Below, piece after piece: positions 10,501 to 21,200 of a stretch of DNA of 35,506 nucleotides. The notes below the pieces were generated by a model. The model was given only the letters and a program-made list of their open reading frames with translations, was not told where the DNA came from and made no database searches. The position numbers and the translations under genes are program-made. Origin of the DNA: Hydrurus foetidus (Eukaryota); the NCBI GenBank assembly GCA_900617105.1, contig UYFQ01000760.1, positions 1 through 35,506 of the forward strand, in the 5' to 3' direction. Position 1 is the first letter of the stretch. The number at the start of each line of letters is the position of its first letter.

Positions 10501-13500
10501 GAGTACCTTCTGGCATTTCACATAAATGTGCTAGGGTGTACGTACGAGTACGTATGACACCACTATGGTTTGATACATAGTTACAACTGTTACGCGTAGG
10601 TTCGACCCCAGCGGCGTTTGGTTGACTAGAGCATCCGACATCAGAACAGTTAGCGACTCTGTTTGAGTCTATTTTGTGATATGTCATGGTACTGTTACCA
10701 GAATGAGGACATACCAAATCATCCTTCTTGCCCACACATTCCGACGGAATGCACTCAGCAGATAAGAAAACTTTCATTCTTTCGAAGGAGTTCTCCATAT
10801 TAGGCCTCCCTATTTCGTAGGGAGTCTTCTCGAAGAAGTCATATTTCTTAAGAGTTTTTCGACCCAAAATTAAGTCGATGGTGTTTGGAATAATCCGCAC
10901 CGTTAAGAAAATGGTATTAATTAATAAATTATGGGTGACAAAAGTCATTCCAATATCAATTACTTGGTCCCTAACATAACATGTGTTATCTAGACCCGAA
11001 CATATAGTTAAAGCTTTAGATGAAGTATAAACAAAATCTTGAGCATTTAAACTAATTACAAAATCTTGACTAATAAAGTCGCCAGGGAGACTCCCGGTGT
11101 CGAGTAGGACCTTTGCCAGAACTCGTTCAGCCCTAAGGGTGGGATGGTGGTGGTTGTTGGGGCTGGTATGCACTTGGACCCGCACCCCGTCCTTGACTAT
11201 ACTTCGCTGATTAATAAAAATCCAGGAAGATAAGAAGTTAGAATCAATCTCTATTCTGGTTATAGAGGCTGCAACAATAGCGTTTAAGGAAACAGATTTA
11301 CCTTGTTTTCTGTTTCTGCGTGTTTCTGCGTACTGTGCATTGTTAGCGGGGTCGTGTTGACCGGGTAACGTAGGTACGGTAGCTCCTCCATTGTCAAAAC
11401 GAGCACGCTTGTTGGGTAGTTGGAGCATCGAGTATCTAAACTCGGACACTGGTTTGACCAGGTAGCGGACAGCATGGTTTGGTAGTTGGGCTCCATCATC
11501 ATAAGCTTCGAAGCCATATGAATGCCACATCTTACCCGCTGTTGAATCTTTCCATTGAAGGTGGAGTTCACTATGGTTGGCGTCTGTGCGAAACAGAACT
11601 GGACAGAGTCTGACTTCATGTCCAGTGTGACCGCATGAGCGACATGGGATTGGCGCTGGTTGCGGCAACAACTGAATTATTGATTCAGTTGTTGGTCTCC
11701 TCAGCACTGCTGCACTGGGTGAGGATGCATGTGCATGAGCATGTGCAGGTGCAGCAGAAGGTTGAGGGTTAGCTGGTGAGTTAGCCAGCGCTGACTTGAG
11801 GTAGACAGCGGCAGCGTACGAACGCTGTTCAGGGATTATCGGTGTTCTGGCCTGCCGAGTCTCCTGCTCCTGGTATTTGCTAAACAGAGTATGAATAGCG
11901 GAGGTATCGCCATAATTAGCAACTCGTTCAACGAGCTTCCTAACATTGAAGATGCATTTACCAAGACGAGTGAACGCTTGTTCCCACGTTTCGTTCGGTA
12001 TAGGTTTACCCTCGTTGCCACGAGCCGCGAAATAGTCGCTTTTAAGCTGACTATCCGGTTTCAGTTTTTCTCGATCGTAACTATCAGTGCAGCATGCTGC
12101 GCCGGAGTGATCGGTTGGGTATTCTCATAGACCGTTGTTAACGCCTTGAGAGCCATGAAGGATTTTCTCTCAATGTCTGCGTTGGTGTAACAGAAAGAGA
12201 TTTCAAGTCGTGAGAAGTTCTCAACGAGTGTTCTACCAATATCATTTCTGTCGCCAAAGTATTTGGTTATGATTTGGGCAGCCTGTTTGACTGTAACATG
12301 ATTGTACCATGTTGAGTATTTGCTTGGAGGGATGAGAGTGAACTCTGGATCGCTCGCGAACGCATACTGTACCACATAGGTGGCAGGGTTAACCACCACC
12401 TGGTGTACCAGGAAGTTCTCATGCCATTGATTGGCTTGGTTCTGAAACTGGGCAGCTTGTTCTCCAGTTATCTCTGGGGTATCAATGATGAATAACGGTT
12501 TCTGTAGGTTCAAACCGCCAGTCATTGTCTGCTTCAACGCCGTCGTAACCTGTTCCATATTGTACTGAGGGTTCGGTTGTGGGTTGGGTACTACGTCGAT
12601 GACGACGGGCGAGAGAGGTATCTGTCTCTGTTGCTCACGTGGTTTCTCACGTGGTACTCCATCGCTAACGATGGGTGCGACTGCTGCGTTAAGCAGGGTA
12701 GGATCGGGAACGCGAGGTTCAGGAGTCCGCGGTACAGCAATGACGCTGGATGAGCTCGACGAGCTACTCGAAATCGACGGTTCGGTTTCAACAAGTTCCT
12801 GAAAAGGACTTTGGGCGTCGTATGGAATCTCTCCACACTCTTCTAGATCAGTCAGATGTTGATCAGAAGGAAAGGATTCCATGTCCATATCTCCCTCATC
12901 AGGGTTATCATCCGCATATGAAGCGGGTAAATCAGAATTTTCTTCCAAAGTTGAATTCTCATACTCCGACTCCATCAAGGGGTTTCTCCGCCTTGTTTGC
13001 GGGTTAGATCCACGCCGTAAAGGCTGAACAGGGTTCTTCTTCACCATAGGGTGAGTGTTTTCAGTCAATAATTCCACACGAAGTGTTGGAATTATATTCT
13101 GGAGATTTTCGTATAGAAAACTATCTCCCGACGCCTCGTAAGAAGCGTTTCCACGCTCAACGGGATATAACCCCGGAACGTTTTTCTCTCTAAGTGGATT
13201 GCTTAGGTTTGACTCGGTTTGTTGAACCGGTGTGAATGTCGACTTATAAGTTGGTCGAGTTTGCAAAACAGAAACAGGCGTAACACTCAGAAATTCGTTG
13301 GTTTCCAACAAATTCGACAAGGTTTCGTGTTGAAACCTCGGTATACAGCGGAGCGAACTTGCTGGAAGTCGCTTCTCAACTGTTCTCGGTTTGAAAACCG
13401 GTCGACTTCGCTTAAAAGCTGAAGGTGCAGGGGTTACGCAAGAGAGTGCTGGGTGTGTGGAAGGAGTAGAGTAGTAATTAGAGGCGTTATAAAGCGATGA

Positions 13501-13698
13501 ACTCGCGGTTTCTCTATCAAGAGAATGACGTAGGACTGTAGGAGCTACTGTCCACGGACGTGGGTCGGTGAAAGTTGATGGATTAGACGGAGGATTGTCA
13601 GGCGGACGATCTGGATCGTCGTCGGCGTAGGTAATCTCCGGAGTTGGGCAGCGGTTTTCGAGTTCCTCTCGAATAGCACGTTGCTCCGCCAAAAACAA
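7528..13698 (-). CDS. Gypsy Gag-Pol polyprotein (about 2050 aa once three 1-nt homopolymer deletions are repaired)
   Basis: CCHC knuckle CRSCGHTGHEVRLC; protease LLDTGS; RT DLTSGYHQ, LPFG, YLDD; RNase H TDASDYGVG; integrase HHCC, NIDYIGP, SDRGSHF, ENAIVER; GPF motif; chromodomain IEEIVSH...FYVKWLNYDSNHNSWEP. Confidence 0.93.
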
Positions 13699-13836
13699 TC
13701 GATCTCTGAGTAGAGGGAACTCTGGAAAGTCCTCTTCACGAGGGATTTCTTAAACTTTCCAGCGAAGCACTGGAAGACGGCGAAAAACACGAATGAACAC
13801 TAGGAAACTATAGATGCTGGTGGGAAGTGACGTCAC

Positions 13837-14032
13837 TGTGGCCCTGAAGGAACTAGGCTAGAGGGCTAGGAGGTGTTGGGTTAGGCTTACAAAGGGGTTG
13901 TTGAACTATATATGAGCAGGGAAACATCCTACCAGGGTGCTAGGAGTCTACCTAGAAGTCTACAGTGTGTTTGGGTATGAACCCAAACAGACGGAATGGG
14001 GTCCAAGGTCCCGAGGGCCCCAGACGGCTACA
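13837..14032 (-). repeat. Gypsy 5' LTR
   Basis: Identical by eye to 6917-7112; contains TATATA. Confidence 0.97.
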
Positions 14033-14616
14033 CCTTCTCATATTGGGGACCGGTTACATAGATTCAATTTGGACCGGTTACAGCAAGAATGAAAAATTAC
14101 GTTTTATGCGGTGTTTTTCAGTACTTTTGTGTGATTTTACCTAGTACAACTTACGTTTTCAGAAAAAAGAATTTTCTTCCATGGAGGCGAAAATACTTCT
14201 ACCAGGTGGGACCGGTTACAGCGAAAAGTCGTTAAATCGAAAATGGAAATAGAATAGGCACTCGACGGTATATTAAAGTGTTAATTCTATTTTTATAGTG
14301 GCAGAAAAAATAAAGTGCCACCTATGTTAGTTTTTTAAAATGCCATTTTCCAGGAAATAGTTGTAATTCCATAGAAAAAGTTGGATTTTCTAGATTTTAG
14401 CTGCCCGTTATTTCGGTCGCATAATTTTAATTAATTAATTCTCCCTATGCACCAACCCAGTTTTATTCTGCTCCCGTAATACCCCTTCCATCCCTTATCT
14501 CTTACTTAAGTTCAGAGTACAGCGCTATCACAAAACATCAGATCTCTTCGCAGCTCCATCGAGAGGCCAACAGCAGCTTCATCAGCTTCAACAGACGCAA
14601 AATTGTTTAGTCAGCC

Positions 14617-15529
14617 ATGAACTCTTCCCTCATGATGTCCCATTGGGGTCGATATGTCGGAAAGAAATTGATGAAGTCGAAGCAGAAATATAAGCCAGCA
14701 AATGAATCTACCCACTGGAACATAATGACAGGGGACAAAGTGAAGGCAAGCGCTTCACTTGCACTTCTTTTCCCCATGTTCATGTTAACAGCTTCAATTA
14801 TCGACATTATGTGGATAGGTCACTCAAGGCCGCCAAATGGGGGAGGAAGGAACAGTTATAGCTGTCTTACGGAAACTTAATCGGATAATCATAGATGGGG
14901 TTAATATGGTAATAAGACTATATTCACAACTCGCTTCTCATAACACGCGGTCTACCACGACAGCTCCTGGTTGATTTACTCATTACTTATCACCTGCATC
15001 ATTTTCGCCTCAGCGAAAGAGAATTGTGAAATCCAAAGGAGAAGGCGTGCCTGGTAAAATTGTCATCAAGCCAGTTTCGCTGCACTACTCCAATGTGGCG
15101 CTCATCGACCCCACGACTGGGTAAGTATCGGGAATGAGTGACAACCAAATCTTGTTTTTTATATTTCGCTACAGAAAAAATTCTCAATTTCTCCTTCTGA
15201 CTAAAAATTGACAGTTTACCAACGAAGATAAATAGAAGATATTTGGAGGATGGATCGAAAGTCCGAGTGTCAAAGAATAGCGGTGAACTTATTCCCAAAC
15301 CGGATCATATGCTCGACAGAAATCCTAGAGAAACAGGTATCAGCTGTTCTACATCTGTGGCAATATTTATATCAAAGATGTATGGCGTATTGTCACTAAT
15401 CATCTTCTGTCACAATTTAACTCTTACACAGCCGTTGGACCTAAAGACACCACTGCAGATTCAGTATTTGAAGTTACCTTTGCTGATTATGAGAAATTTC
15501 TGCCCTTCATATACTCAACTAAGCAGTGA
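14617..15529 (+). CDS. MRPL24: Mitochondrial-type large subunit ribosomal protein uL24m; exons 14617-14745, 14819-14908, 15014-15120, 15215-15336, 15432-15529
   Basis: Spliced product WNIMTGDKVKVTQGRQMGEEGTVIAVLRKLNRIIIDGVNMRKRIVK...[44 protein letters not shown]...GPKDT...VFEVTF matches the L24 KOW pattern plus the mitochondrial-type GPKDT tail; all splice junctions keep frame. Confidence 0.92.
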
Positions 15530-15687
15530 GTCGCAAGTGTGTAGATAACAAAATGTCTTCCGCGATCTCAAAGATGTTCCTTCACCTCGATAGATCACTG
15601 TCATGCAGTCATGTTCGGTATTGTGACGTTCAACTAGCTGTTGCACGGAGCGTATAAATTTTTTGAATATAAATGGTTAATGCTATA

Positions 15688-16701
15688 TTATTGGTGACTG
15701 TCCTCTTTGAAAATGCCATAAGGTGCGTAACTCCCCGCAGTGATGGGAGCAGCAGTACCATTGTTACTGTCGCGAAAGGGGGTGCGATATGTCATCCAAT
15801 GATTCCTGATCATTGAGGCAATCTGGTCATCTAGGCTTGCAGCGCACGGATCGAAATATTTAACGGCAAGCCTCGCTCCACGTCTTGTCAGAGCATACGC
15901 GAATGAAGTGACAGGGGGATCTACGTACACGGAATTATTTCGCCAGCCTAAGAAAAGAATATCTGTAGTCATCGCAGAAAGTTCTGAATGTAATATGTCT
16001 TCGGCTCCCAGTGGTGTAATGTGGACGTCACTCTCAAATACTACGATTATATCATCGTCATAGAAGGGCATATCGTTTTTATATAGTGTCCCATTCTCTG
16101 ATGTCGCATATTTCCCACTAATGGAACTCCAAGAAGTACTTCTGTAAATTCCCTTCGTCTCATTTCTTTCGACGGCCTGAATAACGTCGTGGTCAAAGAA
16201 AATAAAGTCTAACCAAACTTGGTAATGTGACAGTGCCAATCCTGGATGTAACCTATGTGCAGTAGTAGAAGTTTTTCGGGGTCGATGGGCTGGGCATAAC
16301 TTCGTCGATAAACGTGGCCAACGCACGACAGGAAAAGGTAGATCTGTTATCACTTTTGATAGCAAAGCAGACGTGTAGTGATTTTTGGAATCCAGTTTCG
16401 AATACCCCAGAGAATTGACTGACACGTTTGCTCGTTGTGGAACATTAATGCGATTTTCGTCGATCCCGATCGATATTGCTGCTCCGCAGATAGTGCGGTT
16501 TAAAATGAATTGTGTTGTTCCAAGACAACTGACATTGAACAAAGTAGACGATTCAACTTTACCATCACGTAGTTTTCTGTTGAGAAATTCTGAATTTTTC
16601 AGACCCTCGAACAGCTGAGATCCAGAGAAGCAAAACACGTAGAGAAATATCGGCAACAGCAGACTGAGGAGCGAAAAAGTTAACACGGTGTGGGGTTTCA
16701 T
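15688..16701 (-). CDS. Type II membrane glycosyltransferase family 25-like protein, 337 aa, intronless
   Basis: N-terminal hydrophobic anchor; motifs GLALSHYQVW, IIVVFESD, DILFLGW, AYALTRRGAR, SLDDQI in GT25 order. Confidence 0.65.
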   Translation of the reverse strand: MKPHTVLTFSLLSLLLPIFLYVFCFSGSQLFEGLKNSEFLNRKLRDGKVESSTLFNVSCLGTTQFILNRTICGAAISIGIDENRINVPQRANVSVNSLGYSKLDSKNHYTSALLSKVITDLPFPVVRWPRLSTKLCPAHRPRKTSTTAHRLHPGLALSHYQVWLDFIFFDHDVIQAVERNETKGIYRSTSWSSISGKYATSENGTLYKNDMPFYDDDIIVVFESDVHITPLGAEDILHSELSAMTTDILFLGWRNNSVYVDPPVTSFAYALTRRGARLAVKYFDPCAASLDDQIASMIRNHWMTYRTPFRDSNNGTAAPITAGSYAPYGIFKEDSHQ

Positions 16702-16944
16702 AGGAATGCTAGATTCCTAAACACGCTTCCGCTGCAAAAACATGTGAAGGAAATCCCTTTTCCCTGCTCACTGCCGTTATGAGCTGATGGAAATTCAGGT
16801 TTACTCACAATGGAAATATCGCAGGCATGGCAGGTACTTTAGGCCAGTTCTTATGGCAGACGAGTTTACCTCTCGAATAGTAATTTCCTGCGTGGGAGCT
16901 AGGTAGCTAGGCTTGTGAGGAGCCCACCTATTCGGAAATAATTT

Positions 16945-17117
16945 TGTTCATGTACGCGTACATACAAACATCCGATCTTGATCTTGAGCACTGCAGTCTG
17001 TCATTTGTGTCTTCACTCCTGCTTCCTTCATAACTTAATCTAAACCTCCGTAAACTTGCTCTCATCGGTTTACAGTTCATCACTGAACGTTCTTCAGTCA
17101 GCTTCACTGGATCAACA
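16945..17117 (+). repeat. Copia 5' LTR
   Basis: Identical by eye to 21969-22141. Confidence 0.96.
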
Positions 17118-17127
17118 GTTTAGATTA

Positions 17128-18267
17128 ATGACAGAATTAGTACCGTTCATAACACTCTCCAAAGAAAATTTTGCCGAATTTCAAAGACAAGTCTACAACT
17201 ATGCTTCAAGCATTTGCTTAGACAACGGCTTTCTCACCCATCGACATGGGCTTCTATCCTTCGTTGTTACTACCGCCATCTGGCAAAATCTACCTGGGAA
17301 CGAAATTCCAGACGACGCCGCGCCCCCAAATATCGTTTTTCGTCCACGAGATATTCTTACTCCGCCCGATATTCCAGCAGAAAACGCCAATGCTTGGCGA
17401 CTTTTCGAATACAGAACAAAAGAATTTGATAAGGTAGCGACCGCAGTTCTCCTGCTTACGAGGCGCTTAAAGGATGCGTTGCCAGCATCAGATCGTAATG
17501 AACTTTCGGATCCAATATTGGGTATGGGTCAGTTGACGGCACTAGACCTCATGACTTATCTCCGGACACAATATGGAACGTTGACATCAGAAGACTACAA
17601 AGCGTTACATGCCCAACTGTCACACAAGTTGGACTCTGCTACCAACTTCACTGGTTTCGCAGCAGATCAGCGCTTCATATTCCAACAATTGGCGGCTTAC
17701 GGTCAGCCGATACCTGAACTCCAAAAATGTGACTTCCTACGCAGTGGAACTTGCCACCTTTTCCCGGTGCAAAAGGCCATCGATTCTTACCTTACCGCAC
17801 ATCCGCACACAGCCAATCAGACATTCCAAAATTTGGTCGCTCACATCACTTTGCACTCACCAAACTTCTCGCAGTCCGCTGGAGATATGGATTACACCGC
17901 GTCCGCAACCCACATCAGCCCACTTCAATCCTCTGATATCTCTGCTACGGTTGCAACACTCCTCAATTCCCCTACTTTCATTACCGCGTTGGCCACAGCT
18001 ACAGCAGCTGCAGCAGTACCACCTCCACCTCGGTCTCCACGCCCTTCCCGGACTGGCCGAGGTGGCCAACGTGGTCAACCGAAAACAGCCAACCCACCTG
18101 TTACGGATCCACCACGTTCCTACTGTTATGCTCATGGATACGATGCTCACTCCAGTGCCGACTGCTACAAAATGCGATGGAGTTCACTCGCCAAAAACTA
18201 CACTGACGAAGCGCGGTTAGCGACACACCACACCTCCGTTCCCGGTGGATCCATTCTGCGCTTGTGA
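17128..18267 (+). CDS. Copia Gag
   Basis: ATG 10 nt after the LTR; YLRTQYGTLT segment; C-terminal YCYAHGYDAHSSADC (C-x2-H-x4-H-x4-C) knuckle variant. Confidence 0.85.
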   Translation: MTELVPFITLSKENFAEFQRQVYNYASSICLDNGFLTHRHGLLSFVVTTAIWQNLPGNEIPDDAAPPNIVFRPRDILTPPDIPAENANAWRLFEYRTKEFDKVATAVLLLTRRLKDALPASDRNELSDPILGMGQLTALDLMTYLRTQYGTLTSEDYKALHAQLSHKLDSATNFTGFAADQRFIFQQLAAYGQPIPELQKCDFLRSGTCHLFPVQKAIDSYLTAHPHTANQTFQNLVAHITLHSPNFSQSAGDMDYTASATHISPLQSSDISATVATLLNSPTFITALATATAAAAVPPPPRSPRPSRTGRGGQRGQPKTANPPVTDPPRSYCYAHGYDAHSSADCYKMRWSSLAKNYTDEARLATHHTSVPGGSILRL

Positions 18268-21200
18268 CATGTAGGCTTGAGAAGTGATGTGTCTGCAAAC
18301 ACTGTAACTAACACAGTCGATTACAATCCAACACATCTTTCTTTCGCCACAGCACCAAAGCTCGCATGCAGCGACACGGGATCCACAAATATTTTAGTAA
18401 GACAATCCGACGCCTCGGCTGTCATTATTGATCCTCACCTTCCACCAATCTCGGTTACTCTTCCTAACGGTCCAACCATCAGCTCATCTTTCAGTGGTAT
18501 ATTGTATTTTAACAATCTGCCGCATCCAATCAAAGCATACATCTTCCCGGACCTGATTCTACATACTTCACTATTAAGTGTGAGTGAACTATGCAATGTG
18601 GGTTGTCTTGCCACTTTCACCGACACGCATTTTCAAATCACATACAACAATGTGATGGTCATTCACGGCACCAAGGCGACGACGGATACCCTGTGGACGG
18701 CACAACTACCTACCCAATCTACAATTGTCTCCAACCCCGATATTTCCTCTTCTTCGGCACGACTCACTGCAGACGCAGATTTTGTGCTCTTCGTGCACGC
18801 CTCATTAGGCAGTCCGGTCTACTCTACTTTCCTCCGCGCGATTCGAGCTGGCTACTTGGCAACATGGCCCCGTCTTACAACTGCTCTTGTCATGGCCCAT
18901 CCTCCACACACCCTCGCCACAGCCAAAGGGCACCTTAATCAATTACGGCAAGGCTCCGATTCTACCAAAACTGACGCAACCTTCCCAACACCTGATGAAC
19001 AGGACTTACCGCAATTACCTCTAACTGCTGAGTCCGCGAATCACATTTATGTCAAAGTGGTCCGCCTCCCATACACCGTCAGCTCCGACTTAACTGGAAA
19101 GTTTCCTGTTCAGGCAGACAGTGGCGCACAATACATTCTTATATCGGAGATGGACGGCTACATTCATGCTGACCCGTTGGCGTCTCGCCATCATACCGCA
19201 TATATATCCAGCTTCACAAGAACTATTGCGTTTTTCACAGCACTGGGCCGTATCCCTTTCTTTCTGCGTCTCGATAACGAAACGTCTCTGCCATTGGATG
19301 CATTCATGAAGCGACAGGGTATTAAATTACAATATTGTCCGCCCGGCATGCATCGGTCCAATAGAGCAGAGCGAAGTATCCAAACGTTCAAAAACCACGC
19401 AATAGCAACCTTATGTACAACTGCAAAGGACTTCCCTTTACTATTATGGGACCGTCTACTTCCCCAAATTGAACTCTGCCTCAATCACCTACATCCCTAC
19501 AAACCGAATCCGACTACATATGCCGGACTGCACGGCGGCGCTCATGATTTTAGAGCTAATCCCATCGGTCCAGCTGGTGCGAAGATCCTCATACATGACA
19601 AACCCAACAATCGTGGATCGTGGGCTCCTCATGGTGTCGCAGGCTTCTACCTTGGTCCTGCCATTAAGCATTATCGATGTTTTACTGTTTGGTCATCAGC
19701 AACAAACGCAGTTCGCATCACCGACACGCTAGCTTGGTTTCTCGACAATCTACAACTTCCTAGTCCCTCCATCCATGATTTACTCATTGCCGCAATTCAT
19801 GATCTCACCACCGCTATTCACACCGTCACACGAGCGCACCCCGCTTTCCATCATCATCGTCAGCTCACCAACATTCCATCTATCACTCAACAGCTGTTAG
19901 ACGTAGCAGCGTTGTACAAACCAACACCTCACATTCCTGCCAACAAAGATGCTCACACTCCCGATGCCGAGCAACAGAGGGTGCAAATCCCACTCCCGCC
20001 AGTATTGACCACCATAACTTCTCCAGCAGCTCCATGGCACCCAATTATAGTCGCTCCCCCGCTACCAGAACAGAGGGTGACAAGCACGGAAATCGCGCCT
20101 TCCACCCCTTCACAACCTCCACCAACTCACCACGATGTGCTCCCCAATGTTCCGCTCATTCCATTCAAGCAACCACCTACAGTGCCAATTCCGCCATCTC
20201 CACCAGTCACTAGGCAACACACTGCGCGTCAGCGTGCCCATGCGGCACTCAATTTAAGTGCCGATGGAAGCCCTCTCACGTATTCTAAAGCAAAAGCTGG
20301 ACCTGATGCTGCCCGGTGGTTACAAGCAGAATCAGAGGAGTTTGATCGTCTCTTCACGTCGCACACGATAAAACCCAAACATCAGTCCAATCAGCCACCC
20401 GACCGTCGTCGGGACACCACCTACTTTAATCCGCAAACAAAGCAGAAAATCGACTCTCTTGGAGCTACAACATATCGCATTCGAGGCACTGCCGGTGGCG
20501 ATAGGATCAACTACACCGGGCCCACATCAGCTCAGACGGCTGCCATGCCAGTTGTCAAACTGCTCTTACACTCTGTTGTCTCCGAGCACAAACGCTGGAT
20601 GACCATCGACATTAAAGACTACTATCTCAATACTCCTCTCCTTCGTCCTGAATTTATACGGATCCCTTGTCGCATGATACCAGATACAACTATCCATACC
20701 CACCGTCTTACCTCATACGTCCACCAGAACGCGATTCTCTTCGAAGTCAATAAGGACATGTACGGTCTACCTCAAGCCGGACTTTTAGCACAACAACGCT
20801 TGATTGCGCATCTCGCCATTCATGGCTACTACGAGACATCCACCCCATGCCTTTTTCGGCACACCTCTAATGGCACTGCGTTTACTCTGGTGGTTGACGA
20901 TTTTGGCATCAAGTATTCTTCACAAGCTGGCGCAGACCATCTCATCCGTACCCTCCGACTTTTATATGTTATCACCATCGACTGGACCGGGTCCACATAT
21001 ATCGGGTTTACGATAGTTTTCAACAATGAAACCCGGCAAGTTTCCCTCACTATGCCCGGCTACATCGACAAGGTGCTACAACGTTTTGCCCCCCATCTTT
21101 CCATCGGTGCTGCATCTCCAGCCGTCTACATTCCTCCAAAATATGGAAACCCTACACAAACACCCACTTCAGACACATCACCGTCACTCTCGCTACTGGA

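Larger units (their letters stand above)
6917..14032 (-). mobile_element. Full-length chromodomain-bearing Ty3/Gypsy LTR retrotransposon
   Basis: Identical 196-bp LTRs (6917-7112, 13837-14032) with TG...CA ends; CCTT on both flanks (6913-6916, 14033-14036); PPT AAGTGGGGGTAG next to 3' LTR; domain order gag-PR-RT-RH-IN-chromodomain. Confidence 0.97.
5570..14268. mobile_element. Non-autonomous TIR DNA transposon flanked by TA (about 1.6 kb without the nested Gypsy)
   Basis: TA-CCGTCGAGTGCCTATTCT at 5568-5587 and its exact reverse complement AGAATAGGCACTCGACGG-TA at 14251-14270; second perfect 26-bp inverted pair at 5972-5997 / 14207-14232; no transposase seen. Confidence 0.75.

Noticed and set aside
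8367..12069. Programmed frameshifts in the Gypsy polyprotein
   Set aside because: Two of the three breaks fall at implausible places (within integrase, just before RT) and all coincide with 5-base homopolymers; sequencing error is simpler
5552..14282. TTAAAGTGTT on both sides of the TIR element as a 10-bp TSD
   Set aside because: Not directly adjacent to the TIRs on either side; AT-rich chance match or older repeat more likely than TSD
17609..18220. 203-aa alternative-frame ORF inside Copia gag
   Set aside because: No recognisable motifs; expected by-product of C-rich codon usage
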